Positions 25,714 to 37,577 of a stretch of 64,000 nt of DNA are shown piece by piece (the stretch's first letter is position 1; each line of letters begins with the position of its first letter). The DNA lies in assembly GCF_018350175.1 (NCBI RefSeq), contig NC_058368.1, positions 239,074,001 through 239,138,000 of the forward strand, written 5' to 3'. Under the pieces are notes generated by a model, which was not told where the DNA came from, did not search any database, and was given only the letters and a program-made list of their open reading frames with translations. The DNA comes from Felis catus. Taxonomy: Eukaryota. The translations under genes were made by a program, and so were the position numbers.

Positions 25714-25916
25714 GGGCACGTGGGTGGCTCAGTCCATTGGTTGAGTGTCCAACTGTTGATTTAGGCTCAGGTCATGATCGCAGTTTGTGAGATCGAGCCC
25801 TGGGTCAGGCTCTGTGTAGAGTGTGGAGCCTGTTTGGGATTCTCTCTCTTTCCTTCTACCTCTGTCCCTCCCCTGATCATTCTCTCTCTCTTTCAAAGTA
25901 AATAAACATTAAAACA
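25714..25916 (+). mobile_element. CAN-SINE (older, diverged)
   Basis: gggcacgtgggtggctcagtc...ggctcaggtcatgat...CT tract...aataaacattaaaa. Confidence 0.88.
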
Positions 25917-25949
25917 ACCCCACGATGTGTCCTTTTCTCCCCTGTCCTT

Positions 25950-26105
25950 CCACCCTCTCCTCATCCCTCCCCTCATCCACCCCCTCATCCATCCATCCGT
26001 CCATCCATCTACCATCCATCCACCATCCATCCATCTACCCCTCTATCCCTCCATCAATCCATTTTCACCATCCATCCCCCCTTCTTCCCATCTTCCATCC
26101 ATCTA
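25950..26105. repeat. Degenerate (CCAT)n simple repeat next to an L2-like tail
   Basis: Directly visible. Confidence 0.8.
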
Positions 26106-26596
26106 TGGATTCACTACATGAACAAACATTTGCAAAGCACCCACTGCTTGCTAGTCATGTGCTTGGTGTGGAGGATTCAAGGCAGTTGTGTTCAACATCC
26201 AGCTCACCAGAGGGAAAAAAAAAAGCCCTGATTTGTTATGTTTGCCAATTTCTTTGGTGGAAATATTCCCATCACGGCTGATTTCAAGCTACCAGCTAAA
26301 TATCAACTAGACCTCCAAATTTCTGATGTTGTAACACTGGGTTCTCACGGGCAGCCTTAGCCAGTGGAAACAGAGTGGCTTCCAGAGAGTCACAAGGGAG
26401 TGCCGGGAAGAGCCCTAAGTCATGCCCGCTCCCCTGTTCTCAGTGCATTCCTTGTAAATGCCTGAGGTGTTTCCAGTGTGTGCAGAAATGAGTTTCACAA
26501 ATTAATATAATGGAACTTTTTTCAGATAAGTGTCTTTGGGTTGTTTCCTCTATTCAGTGCATCGTTTTACAGTTTCATTTTAACCTATATTTTATT

Positions 26597-26815
26597 TTAT
26601 TAAAAAAATTTTTTTGATGTTTATTATTTTTGAAGGAGAGAGAGACAGACCGTGAAGGAGGAGGGGCAGAGAGAGAGGGAGACACAGAATCTGAAGCAGG
26701 CTACAGGCTCTGAGCTGTCAGCACAGAGCCTGATGCAGGGCTTTAACCCATAAACCACGAGATCATGACCTAAGCCGAAGTCAAAGGCTTAACTGACTGA
26801 GCCACCCAGGCGCCC
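26597..26815 (-). mobile_element. CAN-SINE
   Basis: Reverse-oriented SINEC; TSD ttttaa(c/t)ctatatttt. Confidence 0.93.
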
Positions 26816-28499
26816 TCTTTTTTAATCTATATTTTAATTTATGCATGATTGTCTAGTAAAATACCTCCAGTGTTATGTCATCTGGAAATAAGAATTTCCA
26901 ATTTACTAGGAATTGGTTACCCAATTTTAAAAAGTGAACATTCCTTATCAGCCAATAGATAGGACAAAATATTATCAAAATAAAAGACTTCATGCTCAAC
27001 CAATCACCTGAATAAAAGATAAGCCATTATGTGTACGCCTGGTAGCAGCAGACTTGGGACCATGTTGCAAATAAAAAGCTGCTTCTCTTGTGAAGGTCCC
27101 GGTGGGGTGAAAAGGCCTGCAGAAATGTGCAGTCGTGTGGGATGCATCTGCCGTAGGGCTGGGCCTGTCCTGGGTCCTCAGAGCTGGTTCCAGAAACATT
27201 CCCACTGTCACCCACCAGCAACCTTCTTCACTATCCCCGTGGATCAGGGAAATAAGCCCAGGGAGCGTGAAGCCTCCATCGCAGTAGCGGATGACTGAGG
27301 CCAAAATATTGCCACAAATGACACATGGCCACTGGGAGGCAGCCTGGATGGAGTGATTCCCTCAGCTGTCATCCCTCTGGGTGGGTAAATGCACAACCAC
27401 CTGGCAGGGTGGGTTCCCAGAATGGGTGATGTGGGACCCTGGGAGGGCAGCATCTTGGGTGAGGCCTCCAACCTGGAGAGGGGTCAGCCAGGTGAGGCTC
27501 CCGGAGAAGCACATGTGAAGGCAGAGGGGGTCCTGAGTCTTGGGGAGAGTCCCCAAGACCACCCCAAGTTCAACTCACTCTCGCTGGTCAGGGCGGAGCA
27601 GAAAGTTGGGGAGGCTGGGCAAGAAGAGCTTCAGGAAGGACATTACTGGGGTGCTGACATCTGGGAAGGGGCCTGGGTGTGCAAGGGAGGGACATTTTTA
27701 TTTCTTCTGCTCTTCTGAAATGATTAAACCTGTGTCATGTACGAGCAATGTTTTTATTTTAAAAAAAATTGTTAATGCATAAAGACCAGCCAAGAGGAGA
27801 GGGTTAATGGAAAATACTGTCTCCCCCGCTGAGCCTAGCCTGTGGTGGGGCTATGCAGTCAGTGGGTCTCTGATCTCAGGAGTCTGCTCCTCAGCCCGGC
27901 ACCCACAGACCACTCAGATGTGGAACCGCTAGGGCGTGCATCTCCGGGGGGCCCCTCAGAAAGCAGCGAGGAACCTCGGGGGCTCGCGGTCTGCACGGTG
28001 GTGCACACGGCCGGTGTGAACACAATGGAGAGGAGCCCACACGAGGTGGGACAAGCCAGCAGGCAGGACACCCAAGAGCTGCTGTTGACTGCTGACGACC
28101 GGTGTGGGCTCCCGCTGGTCTGTGGGTGCCTCTCCAGGGCTCCCCCTTTTCAGAGCCATTTGGAACCCAATCCGGAGGAACGCCCACTGTCCTCTGCTCG
28201 CCTTGCCTCCAATACAGGCTGAGCCCCTCTGGAAACCCCCAGCCCAGCCCTGCGGAGCACTGGAGGCGCATCTCTCCTGGGGACCACGGCCCAGGTGGGA
28301 AGATAGAACCCCGAGGGGCCCACAGTCCAAGGGTGGAGGCTGGGGAGGAGGGCACGCTGTCATGCGGGTGGGGGCAGCTCCGCACACATCCGAGGGCCCT
28401 GCCCAGGGCGCTGATGGCCGAAGGACACGGGAGTGGGGGGAGCTGGAGGGGGAGGGGGTCCTGGGGTCAGAGGTCATGGTGTTGAGCTGCTGCGGAGGG

Positions 28500-29350
28500 T
28501 GGGGACGCTGGGACTGCTGGGAGCGCGAACCCCAGGAGGCTGCCTAGAGCCGGCTGGGAGGTGCAGCAGCGGGGGCGGGGGAGACGCTCTGTGGAGCACA
28601 GCTGCGGGGGTGCGGGGGTGGGCAGAGGTCTGGGTGGGCGAGCCTCTCAGCCCTTGGCCGAGGAGCCCGAAGAGCAACGGAAACGGACACCCCAAGCCTC
28701 TACTTGAAAGAGAAGAGGTGAAAACGGCAAGCCGGGGCCGAAGTGGGGGCTCGCACCAGGTTGCGGGGTGTGCTGACGACACGCTGCTAAGGGGGTTTCA
28801 GGGAAGGCGCGACCAAGCCAGTAAAGCCCAGATCAGAGTCTGGAGGCTTCCTCCCGGCCGCCGGTCCCGCCCCGGTCCTCGTGCGCCGCTCGCCACCCCC
28901 CTCCCCCAGGGTCGGCATGCACCCCCCGCCGCCCCCATCCCCGGAGCCGCGTGCCCGCCCGCCCCCTCCGCTTCCTCCACCCCGCACGTGCGCCTCGGGG
29001 CGCCAGGGGGCGCGACTCACCAGGAAGCCCGAGGTGCTGTCCAGCAGGCAGCGCACGCGGCACACGAAGCAGCGCGTCAGGAAGGCCGAGAAGTCCGCCT
29101 CCTGCGCCCGGAGCAGCCGCCCCAGCACCGCGTCCTCTGCGCGGGCACCGGTGCGGGGGTGAGGGGTGGGGGGGAGGGCGCGGGGGTGGGGGGAGGAGGA
29201 GAGAGACCGAGAGACCGTAAACACAGACTGACAGCACCGCGGTGTGCACACGCGCTCCCCCCTGCACGCGCACACACACACGCACACACACACACGCCTG
29301 CCCACCTTGCCGTGTGCGCGCGCACACACCCTGCTTCACACTCACAGCTC
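28500..29350. promoter_or_regulatory. Intragenic CpG island around the 116-bp AHRR exon
   Basis: Dense CpG and very high GC by inspection. Confidence 0.75.
29021..29136 (-). CDS. AHRR: AHRR coding exon, 116 bp (PAS-A)
   Basis: Encodes (E)[38 protein letters not shown]. Acceptor gcgcag|, donor |gtgagt; phases 1 and 0. Confidence 0.95.
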
Positions 29351-29530
29351 ACTTTACACACCCACAGCCTGCCTCCTACACCCACACCCTGGCTCACACA
29401 TCTCGCCACACATACACTCACACACACACCTGCCCGCCACGCATCCCCACACGCCCACCCCGTGCACACAAATGCCCACCTCTACACACACCGCCCCACC
29501 CCCCACCCCCTTGCAAGCACACACAGGTGC
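29240..29530. repeat. CA/CG-rich low-complexity tract
   Basis: Directly visible cacacacg/cgcgcaca runs. Confidence 0.85.
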
Positions 29531-30094
29531 ACGGGTGCTCCCCTGAGCACCACTGGCATCCCGCTGTCTCCCCACCCTCGTCCTCACAGACACAGCCACT
29601 CTGACCGAGCTGGTCTTCCTTGTCCTTTGTCCCTGGAAACATCCCTTCAGTACGACTGCAGGGGTGACTGGGGGTCAGCTGTCGTGGGTCAGCTGTCGTG
29701 TGTTTTGAGCTTTATAAAATGATACTGTGTTGGCACCTGGGGTTTTTTGTTTTCACTCAACTTTGTGGGGTAAATCTTGCTGTTGTCTGAGGTTGTGGTG
29801 GAAGCTTTTCTTGAGTCGTTTACAACTTCTGGGGGAGTGTGTGGAAGAGCGGCGACCCCCGTGGACGCCACCCCTTCCCCTGGCCTCCTGTCTGCTCCAC
29901 GACCTCTAGGGGAGCTGGCCCGGTCGTGATGGGTCAGGGGCCACGGTCAGGAGGAAACACTTGCCCACAAGGGGCAGTGTCTCTGAACAGGATTTTTTAC
30001 AGGTAAATCTGACTTGGGCCTAGGATTTCCAGAGGGGAGCTTGCCAGGTGACAGACAAGCACTGCCTCATTTCCTCAGGTGTGGAGGATGCGGG

Positions 30095-30545
30095 AGGGGT
30101 GGCCCTGGAGAGGGGAGGAGGGTGCGGTGGGGGGGGGGCTGGAGAGGGGAGGAGGGTTCAGGATGGGGGGCTGGTCAGGGGATGATGATGCAGGGGGGGG
30201 CCTGCAGAGGGGAGGAGAGTGCAGGAGGGGGGGCTGGAGAGGGGAGGAGGGTGCAGGAAGGGGGACTGGAGAGGGGAGGAAGGTGCGGGGTGGCCTGGAG
30301 GGGAGAGGAGGGTGCGGGAGGGGGCCTGGAGGGGAGAGGAGGGTGCCGGAGGGGGGGCTGGAGAGGGGAGGAGGGTGCCGGAGGGGGAGCCCTGGAGAGG
30401 GGAGGAGGGTGTGGGAGGGGGGTGCGGAGAGAGGAGGAGGGTGCCGGGTGGCCTGGAGAGGGGAGGAGGGTGCGGGAGGGGGAGCTGGAGAGGGGAGGAG
30501 GGTGCAGGAGGGGGGGCTGGAGAGGGGAGGAGGATTCGGAGTGGG
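30095..30545. repeat. G-rich minisatellite, ~30-bp unit CTGGAGAGGGGAGGAGGGTGC(A/G)GGAGGGGGG
   Basis: Roughly 15 visible units. Confidence 0.92.
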
Positions 30546-30666
30546 GGGGGTCTCCCAAGGAAGGCGAAGCAGGACGAGAACGGATGGTGGTCAGTTCTCC
30601 GGAGGCGCCCATGCCTTTCCAGGAACGGCCCCAAGTCTCAGGCTCACTGGGGACCCGAGGACCCAC

Positions 30667-30796
30667 CTGTGTCTGAGTGCAGGGGCTGCCCAAACACCTC
30701 CTGGGGAGGGTCCATGGCCCAGTGCAGCTGCCGGCAGAAGTCCTGGCGGTCGTCCACGTGGATATAGTCATAGATGTTCTGGTGCATCACGTCCGT
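30667..30796 (-). CDS. AHRR: AHRR coding exon, 130 bp (PAS-A)
   Basis: Encodes [43 protein letters not shown]. Acceptor attgcag|, donor G|gtgggt. Confidence 0.97.
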
Positions 30797-32209
30797 CTGC
30801 AATATTGCAACAACTGTTCCAACCTGCTTTATTCCAGTGATTAGTCATTGAAGAGCTGTCTCAGCCACAGCTGTGAAGAGAAGTCTCACAGGAAAGGCAG
30901 GCCTCTGGCTGGAGGACACTTCCTCCCTGGGAGGACATAGGTGTCCAGCCTGGAATGCCAGGCCCCCCACCCGCCCGCAGCCCCCCACTCATCCACCAGG
31001 CAGTGCCCTTGAGGGCAGAGCAGGAGGCTCAGAGATCAAACACCTGGGCCCAGGGTAACCACTCTTCTCCAGGACTGGAGAACTCATCAAGCTGTGTGTC
31101 TATCATGGGGACACTTTGTGTCATATCACAAAAATTTATTAGGAAAGTGTCCTTAAGAAGTGAGGTGGGAACCGCCAGGTGAGACCAGAGCCATAAGGTG
31201 AGACAGGAGCTGCCAGGTGAACTGGGAGCCATCAGAGCACATGAGAGCCCGGCTGGGCCTCCTGGCCAGGGACTTCCTTCATCCTGGCTCCTCTGTGCCT
31301 GGCCGCTGCTCCCATCCATGGTACCACGAGGACCTGCAGGTCCCTAGCCCCCTTTCTGCTCCTCTGTCCTCCCACCTACCTGAGCCCTGAACACAGAGGC
31401 TAGCCCTCGAAGGCACCGGGTCCACACTTGGAAGCTGCATTTCAGGGCACAGCGGCCACAACTGTGGGCTACGAAGACTGGCTTCCCAGGAACGTGACTA
31501 TTTTGACCGTTAGCAGACGTATTCAGAGTGTGTTGATAAATGACGAAGGCCATGCACATCTCCCCGCGACCTTCCCTTAACCTTCCCTCACTCATTATCC
31601 GCACGGAGAGCCTGGCCCAACAACACCTGAATAACCTGGCAGGTGCCCTTGGCCTCTTTGGAAAGAGCCATTTCTAAGTTTGCATCATTTCTCAACAGGA
31701 TCATTACGAAAACTAGACGGAGGGAAAGTCCCTGAAGAATCAAGTCCAGAAACGAGGCTGCTTTTTCAGAAAGTAACCAGTATACTCACCCAGATGGATG
31801 AGACCCGCTGTCTGTTCAAGGGGCCCTACTCTTGCCCATAGCTGCATGGCTAAGGCTCACTGGATCTCTACAGGTCAAACAACCTCAGGAAAGCAGAAAA
31901 GGAACACGACCGTAACTCGAAGGCCACACTACAATTACCTGTGCACTCCTTCGTCCAAAGAGATGTCTTCAGACAAACAAGTGCTCACAGGCCAGAATGC
32001 TTGTTGTCCCTGGTTATGGTTGGCCACGTCAGAGGCTCTGGGTGTGAACGTCAGGCCAACAGGCAGAGACCAACTCCTGGTGGAGGCGAGGGCACCAGGC
32101 TTTCCCTCCAGCTCAAGACCTGATGGCTTCCACTCACCTGCCAGCTCCCACCTCATCTGGTGGCCCTGTGATCGCGCGTGCCCTTCTCATAGGATGCCTT
32201 CCTAATAAA

Positions 32210-33175
32210 GTGTGATTCAGCATAACACTTGGCTGAAAAGTGCCCACATCATATGCATACAGTTGGATGCGTGAGTTCCCAGATCAGGAAACAGGACACA
32301 ACAGCTTCCCAGAGCCCCTTCCCTCCACCCCCCGGGGCGGTCATGGCACAGACTGCCCACACCGTAGGCCGGTTATGTTCGTAAACGGAATGCTGTTCTT
32401 AGTGTCCGTCCTCTGTGGTTGCACATCACAGTTGTAACGTTCTCCCACGCCGCGTGTGTGGCGCCAGTTTCTCGCGTCCGTGGGGTGAGTGTCTCCACCT
32501 GATTCCACACGCCGCTGCTGTGTCTGAGCGAGTCACGCCCAGGGGTGGGGTTCCTGGGTCAGGGGTGGCAGAGGGCCAGCATTAGCGGATGGCACCAAGC
32601 GCCCTTCCAGAGTGAGGGCGCAGATCCACACGCCACTGTGGCGGTGCGTGCCAGCGCAGTCGCTTGACATTGCGGCCGACGCGAGGCGTCCCCAGCCCTC
32701 TTCATCCGAGCCTCTGTGGCGGCTGCCACGGTTCCGCACCGTGGTCTTCACCCGTGCGTCGTGAGCCGATGAAATTGTGTATCTTCTCACGTTTTTGGTC
32801 TTGAGGTGTGCGTGTGAACACATGTACGCGTGTCATGTGGGAATGTGCGTGTCGCCTGTTTGTGTCCTTCTGTCAAATTTCCATTGAGCTGTCTTGCTGA
32901 TTTGTGGGTTCCTCATCTGCTCTGGACATGGGTCCTCTACTGTGAGGGCTGTGATGCCAGAGCCACTACTCCCTGGCCTGCCTTTCTGCTCTCTTAGTGG
33001 ACCTCACACGGCCAGTTCATCTGTCTGTCTCCTCATGGGTGGGGTCTTGCCCTCATCATCCTCACCCATCTCCTAACTGGGTCCTGAAGCTTCTAGAAAC
33101 TTCTGCCATTTATTTATTGTGCATGCTATGAGGTAAGAGCTAGGATCAAGCTCTCTTTAAGTTTTTTAAAATGCA

Positions 33176-33224
<49 letters not shown>

Positions 33225-34060
33225 CCCAACCAGTCTCCATGCTGACAGCACAGAGCCCAATGTGGGGCTCAAATTCATGAACCGTGAGATCATGACCTGA
33301 GCCAAAATCAAGAGTCAAATGCTTAACTGGCTGGACCCCCCAAACGCCCCCAGGATTCATTTCTTTCCCGTGTAAATCCAGTTTACCCAGCTCTGTTTGT
33401 TGGTAAGATGGCTATCTCCCCACCACGGGACAGCGCCCCCTTCATTGTAAATCCCACACAGGTGCACACGTGCCTGCTGTGAGCTTCCAGTTCTGTCTTG
33501 GGGTCTGTTCATCTAGCAACTGGGTCCTACCCGAAGTCTCGTGTCCGGTGTGTAAGTCCCAGTAATCACTACTCCTGCCCCCTGGCCCTGGAGACTCCCA
33601 ACTTTCTGCATTCCCAAAAGCACATCTATCTCTACCTAGAAGAGCTGCTTAGTTTTTATGATAATGTCATTACCTCTGTAACATGATCTGACATCTTTAT
33701 AATGATAATTGGAGTCCTCTGATTCACGGATATGGCATGTCGTTCTGTTTATCTGGTTCTTTAATTTCTGTAAATAATGTTTTATATTTTCTGTGTGAGG
33801 TACTAAATACCACTTCGTTGACTCATTACTGCGAATTCTATATTCTTCCTCCTGCTGCAAATGGATGGCAGCTTCCCCTCTACAGTCTGATGAATGGAAA
33901 AGACCACTGACCTCCGAGCACTGGGCAGTCGTAGTTCCCATGGGAAGTTTGTAACAGGCACTGTCTTTCGGTCATTCTCTCGCGAGCTTTGGTGGGTGAC
34001 CCCACGCTTTGTAGAATCCCAGAAGGTTGCGTCCTTGGACGCCCTGTTCATGTCTCCCCA
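32210..34060 (-). mobile_element. Old L1M 3' region remnants, strongly GC-shifted at 32.4-32.9 kb
   Basis: Colinear with recalled L1M 3' motifs, e.g. ggggttcctgggtcag vs ggaattgctgggtca, ttccagagtg vs ttccaaagtgg, gtggtcttca vs gtggttttaa. Confidence 0.6.
33162..33351 (-). mobile_element. CAN-SINE with expanded (GA)n microsatellite at 33181-33222
   Basis: Reverse SINEC head and a pure dinucleotide tract. Confidence 0.9.
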
Positions 34061-34374
34061 CACCTGAGTTAATTAATGGAAAGGATGTGTGGGATTAACA
34101 TGTAAGAGGGGTTCTGTGGCTTAACCAAAACAAGAGAGAGACCAATGGCGAGGGCATGATAAAACCGGAAGAGACGTTTCTGACTCAGGCAAATTGAAAG
34201 ACATAGCCAATGTGGACACTTTCTAGGTTGGGCAACAAGGGTATAATAACTACTGTGACATATCTGACTGGTCTTAGTCTCCCTTAATCTCCCGGAGTCT
34301 GCTCCCTACCAAGCGGGGTCAGTGACAAGTGGTGGAGAGATCAGTAGAATAAGTATTCAAATAATGTATAAACA

Positions 34375-34568
34375 GGGACGCCTGGGTGGCTCAGTCGGTT
34401 AAGCGTCTGACTCTTGATTTTGGCTCAGGTCACGATCTTGTGGTTCTTAAGTTCAAGCCCCACATCGGGCTCTACACTGACAGTGCGGAGCCTGCCTGGG
34501 ATTCTCTCTCTGCCCCGCTGCCCCCCCCCCCCCCCCCGCACATGCATGCATGTGCTTCTGCACATGCG

Positions 34569-34599
<31 letters not shown>

Positions 34600-34612
34600 A
34601 AAAAAAAAAAAA
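34375..34612 (+). mobile_element. CAN-SINE
   Basis: Head gggacgcctgggtggctcagtcggttaagcg, poly-C, CT tract and A-tail. Confidence 0.92.
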
Positions 34613-36818
34613 TGTGGAAAAACAGACACAGCTTTGGTCAATTAAAGCCAGCCTTATTTTAGCTCTAAACTACCGTTTCTGGAGTTAAGAATAAAGTCAT
34701 GACCAGTTTTTACAGCCCGATCCCCGCGGCCCTCATCCTTTTGTGCAAATTGCACACGCACCTGTTACCTAGCCTGTGGAATTCCCAACTGCGCCCATGC
34801 CCTTGCCCTGGTTCAAACGGGGACAGCTCTCCCCCAGCTGCCAGCCTGGGGGAGAATGGACCCCTTCTTGAATCAATAAATGTCAACGGCAACTAAAACA
34901 TGCATCTAAAACCTAGCTGTTCATCAAAATGACTGCTGAACCTGAAGATACTGAAATAATTGGTTCCTGACTTCTGCTAAGTATTTTGCACAAGGAGCTC
35001 ATGACAGCACAAAACTGTTCTGATATTTTCTCAACATGTTTTACATAAATAGAGGCAATGCCTGATTTAATGGCATTTGGAAACAATTTCTTTATAATAG
35101 AAGGCAAAATTTTATTTTACATCCAGCACTTGCAGAATAACCAAGCTCCAAAAAACAGACTCTAGTGAGCACGTTCAGACCTGGGACCAAAGCCTCGCCT
35201 CAGGACACTTGCACATCACCAAAGCCACCTCCCGGATTATGGCTAAAGGTAGGCAGTTCTGGATGTGTCTGGAGAATTTGCAGGGCAACTCAGCAGACAG
35301 TGATAGGGACTGAAGTTGAGTTCTGAGCATGGAAAAGGCAGCCCAGACCACGTTTTTCTAGAATCAGACCCCGCACACGCAATCGAAGAGACAAAGAGAG
35401 TTTGCCATTTGGGGGCTGGAATCACGTCGTGTCCGCAGCCTGGTGCTGGCCATCTGTGGGTCCCTGAGCTCCAAGCTGCACGAGGGGGCCCTGAGGCCAG
35501 AGAGCTGTGCGAGCACAGCAACCTTGAGAGCACACGTGGGAGGGCTAAAGAGGGGAGGAAGGGCCTCAGCTGGCCATCCAGGTGCTCATGTGTCTGGGGC
35601 GGGTGATGCATTCCCCCCACTTCACATCCCCCAACACCTGCCCCGCAACCTGCCCAACACCTCTTCAGGAGGTGGAGGTGCACACAAGGACACAGTGATG
35701 GAGCCCAGTTGTCACCCACTGCCAGGAGCAGCCAGTGGGAGAAGAACCACGGGCCACCTCCCTGAGGCGTGGCTCGTGGTGGGGACGCCTCCCCCCTTGC
35801 CGAGTGTCACCAGGTGCCAATGCCCCGTGCCCTGCACATGGAAGAAGAAAAGGAGGCTCAGAGAGAGAGGAGCCAAGGCTTGTCCCCATGGTGTGCAGGG
35901 CAGCCCCAGAAGCACCTCCTGGAGATCACACCCACGGCATTTTGTCCACTTGCCACGCGGTGGCCCTGTGTGTGGGGTCCTTGCCGGAGCCACACCTCCA
36001 CGTGCTGCAGGGGCCAGTCCAGGCCACAGGGTCGGCTGTCACCAGCGGCTGCCCTGTGGAAGAGTGGGTGTGTGCACGTTGTCTGTCCAAAGATTGTCCC
36101 GGGGCCAGCGGCAGGGAGAGGCCTGGTCAGTGGCAGCCATCGGTCCCAGGTTCAGGTGGCAGGAAAGCAAATGTAGAGGCGTGTGTAAGACGAGACACTT
36201 CTCGGAGTCATCTGTGCAGTGACAGACACTTCAGTTTTGGGAATGATTCAAAGTGACAGTCTTCATGGAAATTACATCAAATGCTCCGAGCAGCCTCAGG
36301 GGCCTCAGGCAGACTTGAATTTTCATGTGTCAGGGACCCCCATTCTCAGGTCTTGGCTTCCACCGCCCTTTGCTTCTGGGCATCCCCTTGCTTTTCCGCC
36401 CGTCCTGTGGGATCTTTGTTTCTAATTCCATGTACTGCCTCTCAGCTCCTTTCGTCACTTGGCTCTGATCCCGGATCCTGCACACATTTCCCCTCCGCTG
36501 GCGAAGGTGCTCTGGGCACTGCAGGAGGGAGGTTGGGTCCTTTGAGACCACACCCAGGCCAGGTCCGCCTGCAGGTAGCCTCCCCCAGAGTCTGGCCAGC
36601 ATCCCAGTGGGCATTTCCTGCTGGCTAGCCCTGGCCTGGGGCACCTCGGTGACCTCTCCACCACCCAGGAGCCATGGCCTCACCCTCACCCATGAGGGTG
36701 TCTCCAGAATGTGCTCCTTGCTGGGGTGCCCAGCCTCCTGTGGGCCCTGTGGCCCCTCCGCTCGCTGTGTCTCTGTCTACGGCTGTACCCCCTTAGGATC
36801 CTGTGTTAATGATTCTTT

Positions 36819-37032
36819 TTTTTTTTTTCCAACGTTTATTTATTTTTGGGACAGAGAGAGACAGAGCATGAACGGGGGAGGGGCAGAGAGAGAGGGAGAC
36901 ACAGAATCGGAAACAGGCTCCAGGCTCTGAGCCATCAGCCCAGAGCCTGACACGGGGCTCGAACTCACGGACCGCGAGATCGTGACCTGGCTGAAGTCGG
37001 ACGCTTAACCGACTGCGCCACCCAGGCGCCCC
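36819..37032 (-). mobile_element. Young felid SINEC_Fc with perfect 15-bp TSD
   Basis: CpG-intact head (GGGGCGCCTGGGTGGCGCAGTCGGTTAAGCGTCCGAC on -); TSD tgttaatgattcttt at 36804-36818 and 37033-37047. Confidence 0.96.
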
Positions 37033-37375
37033 TGTTAATGATTCTTTATACGAAACTCACATTAATTCTTTATATTAAGCCAGTCAGATCACTTCACAGT
37101 TTCTGTCTCCAGGTAGGACCCTGACAGACAGATACACTGTATACCTCACTTTTCAAAGTTCTGTTTTGTTCTTTCTCCAATCTGCCTGTTTGTATATTGC
37201 ATGGAGTGTGTTTATAATTTTGCACGAAGAAGCCCTCTTCAGAGGGGACATCTTTTTGGGGACGGCTGTGGCCCTGCAGCTAAGGTCATGTTTCTGCTTC
37301 CTGGTGCCCCACGTTCTCATCTGTCCACCACTGGCTCTGACCTGGGGCTCTGAGCTACACAAGAGTGTAAATTTC

Positions 37376-37577
37376 GGGGCGCCTGCGTGGCTCCATTGGT
37401 TGAGCGTCTGACTTTGCCCCAGGTCATGATGTCACGGTTTGTGAGTTCTAGCCCCGCATCGGGCTCTGTGCTGACAGCTCACAGCCTGGAGCCAGCTTCG
37501 GATTCTGCCCCTCCCCTGCTCATGCTCTGTTGTCTGTCTGTCTGTCTGTCTCTCTCAAATATAAATAAGCATTAAAA
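37376..37577 (+). mobile_element. CAN-SINE
   Basis: Typical head and tail. Confidence 0.9.

Noticed and set aside
28433..30840. Long ORFs on both strands (e.g. 429 aa at 28433..29722) over the CpG island and G-rich repeat
   Set aside because: Stop-poor GC-rich and low-complexity DNA giving unrecognisable Gly/Arg/Pro/His peptides.
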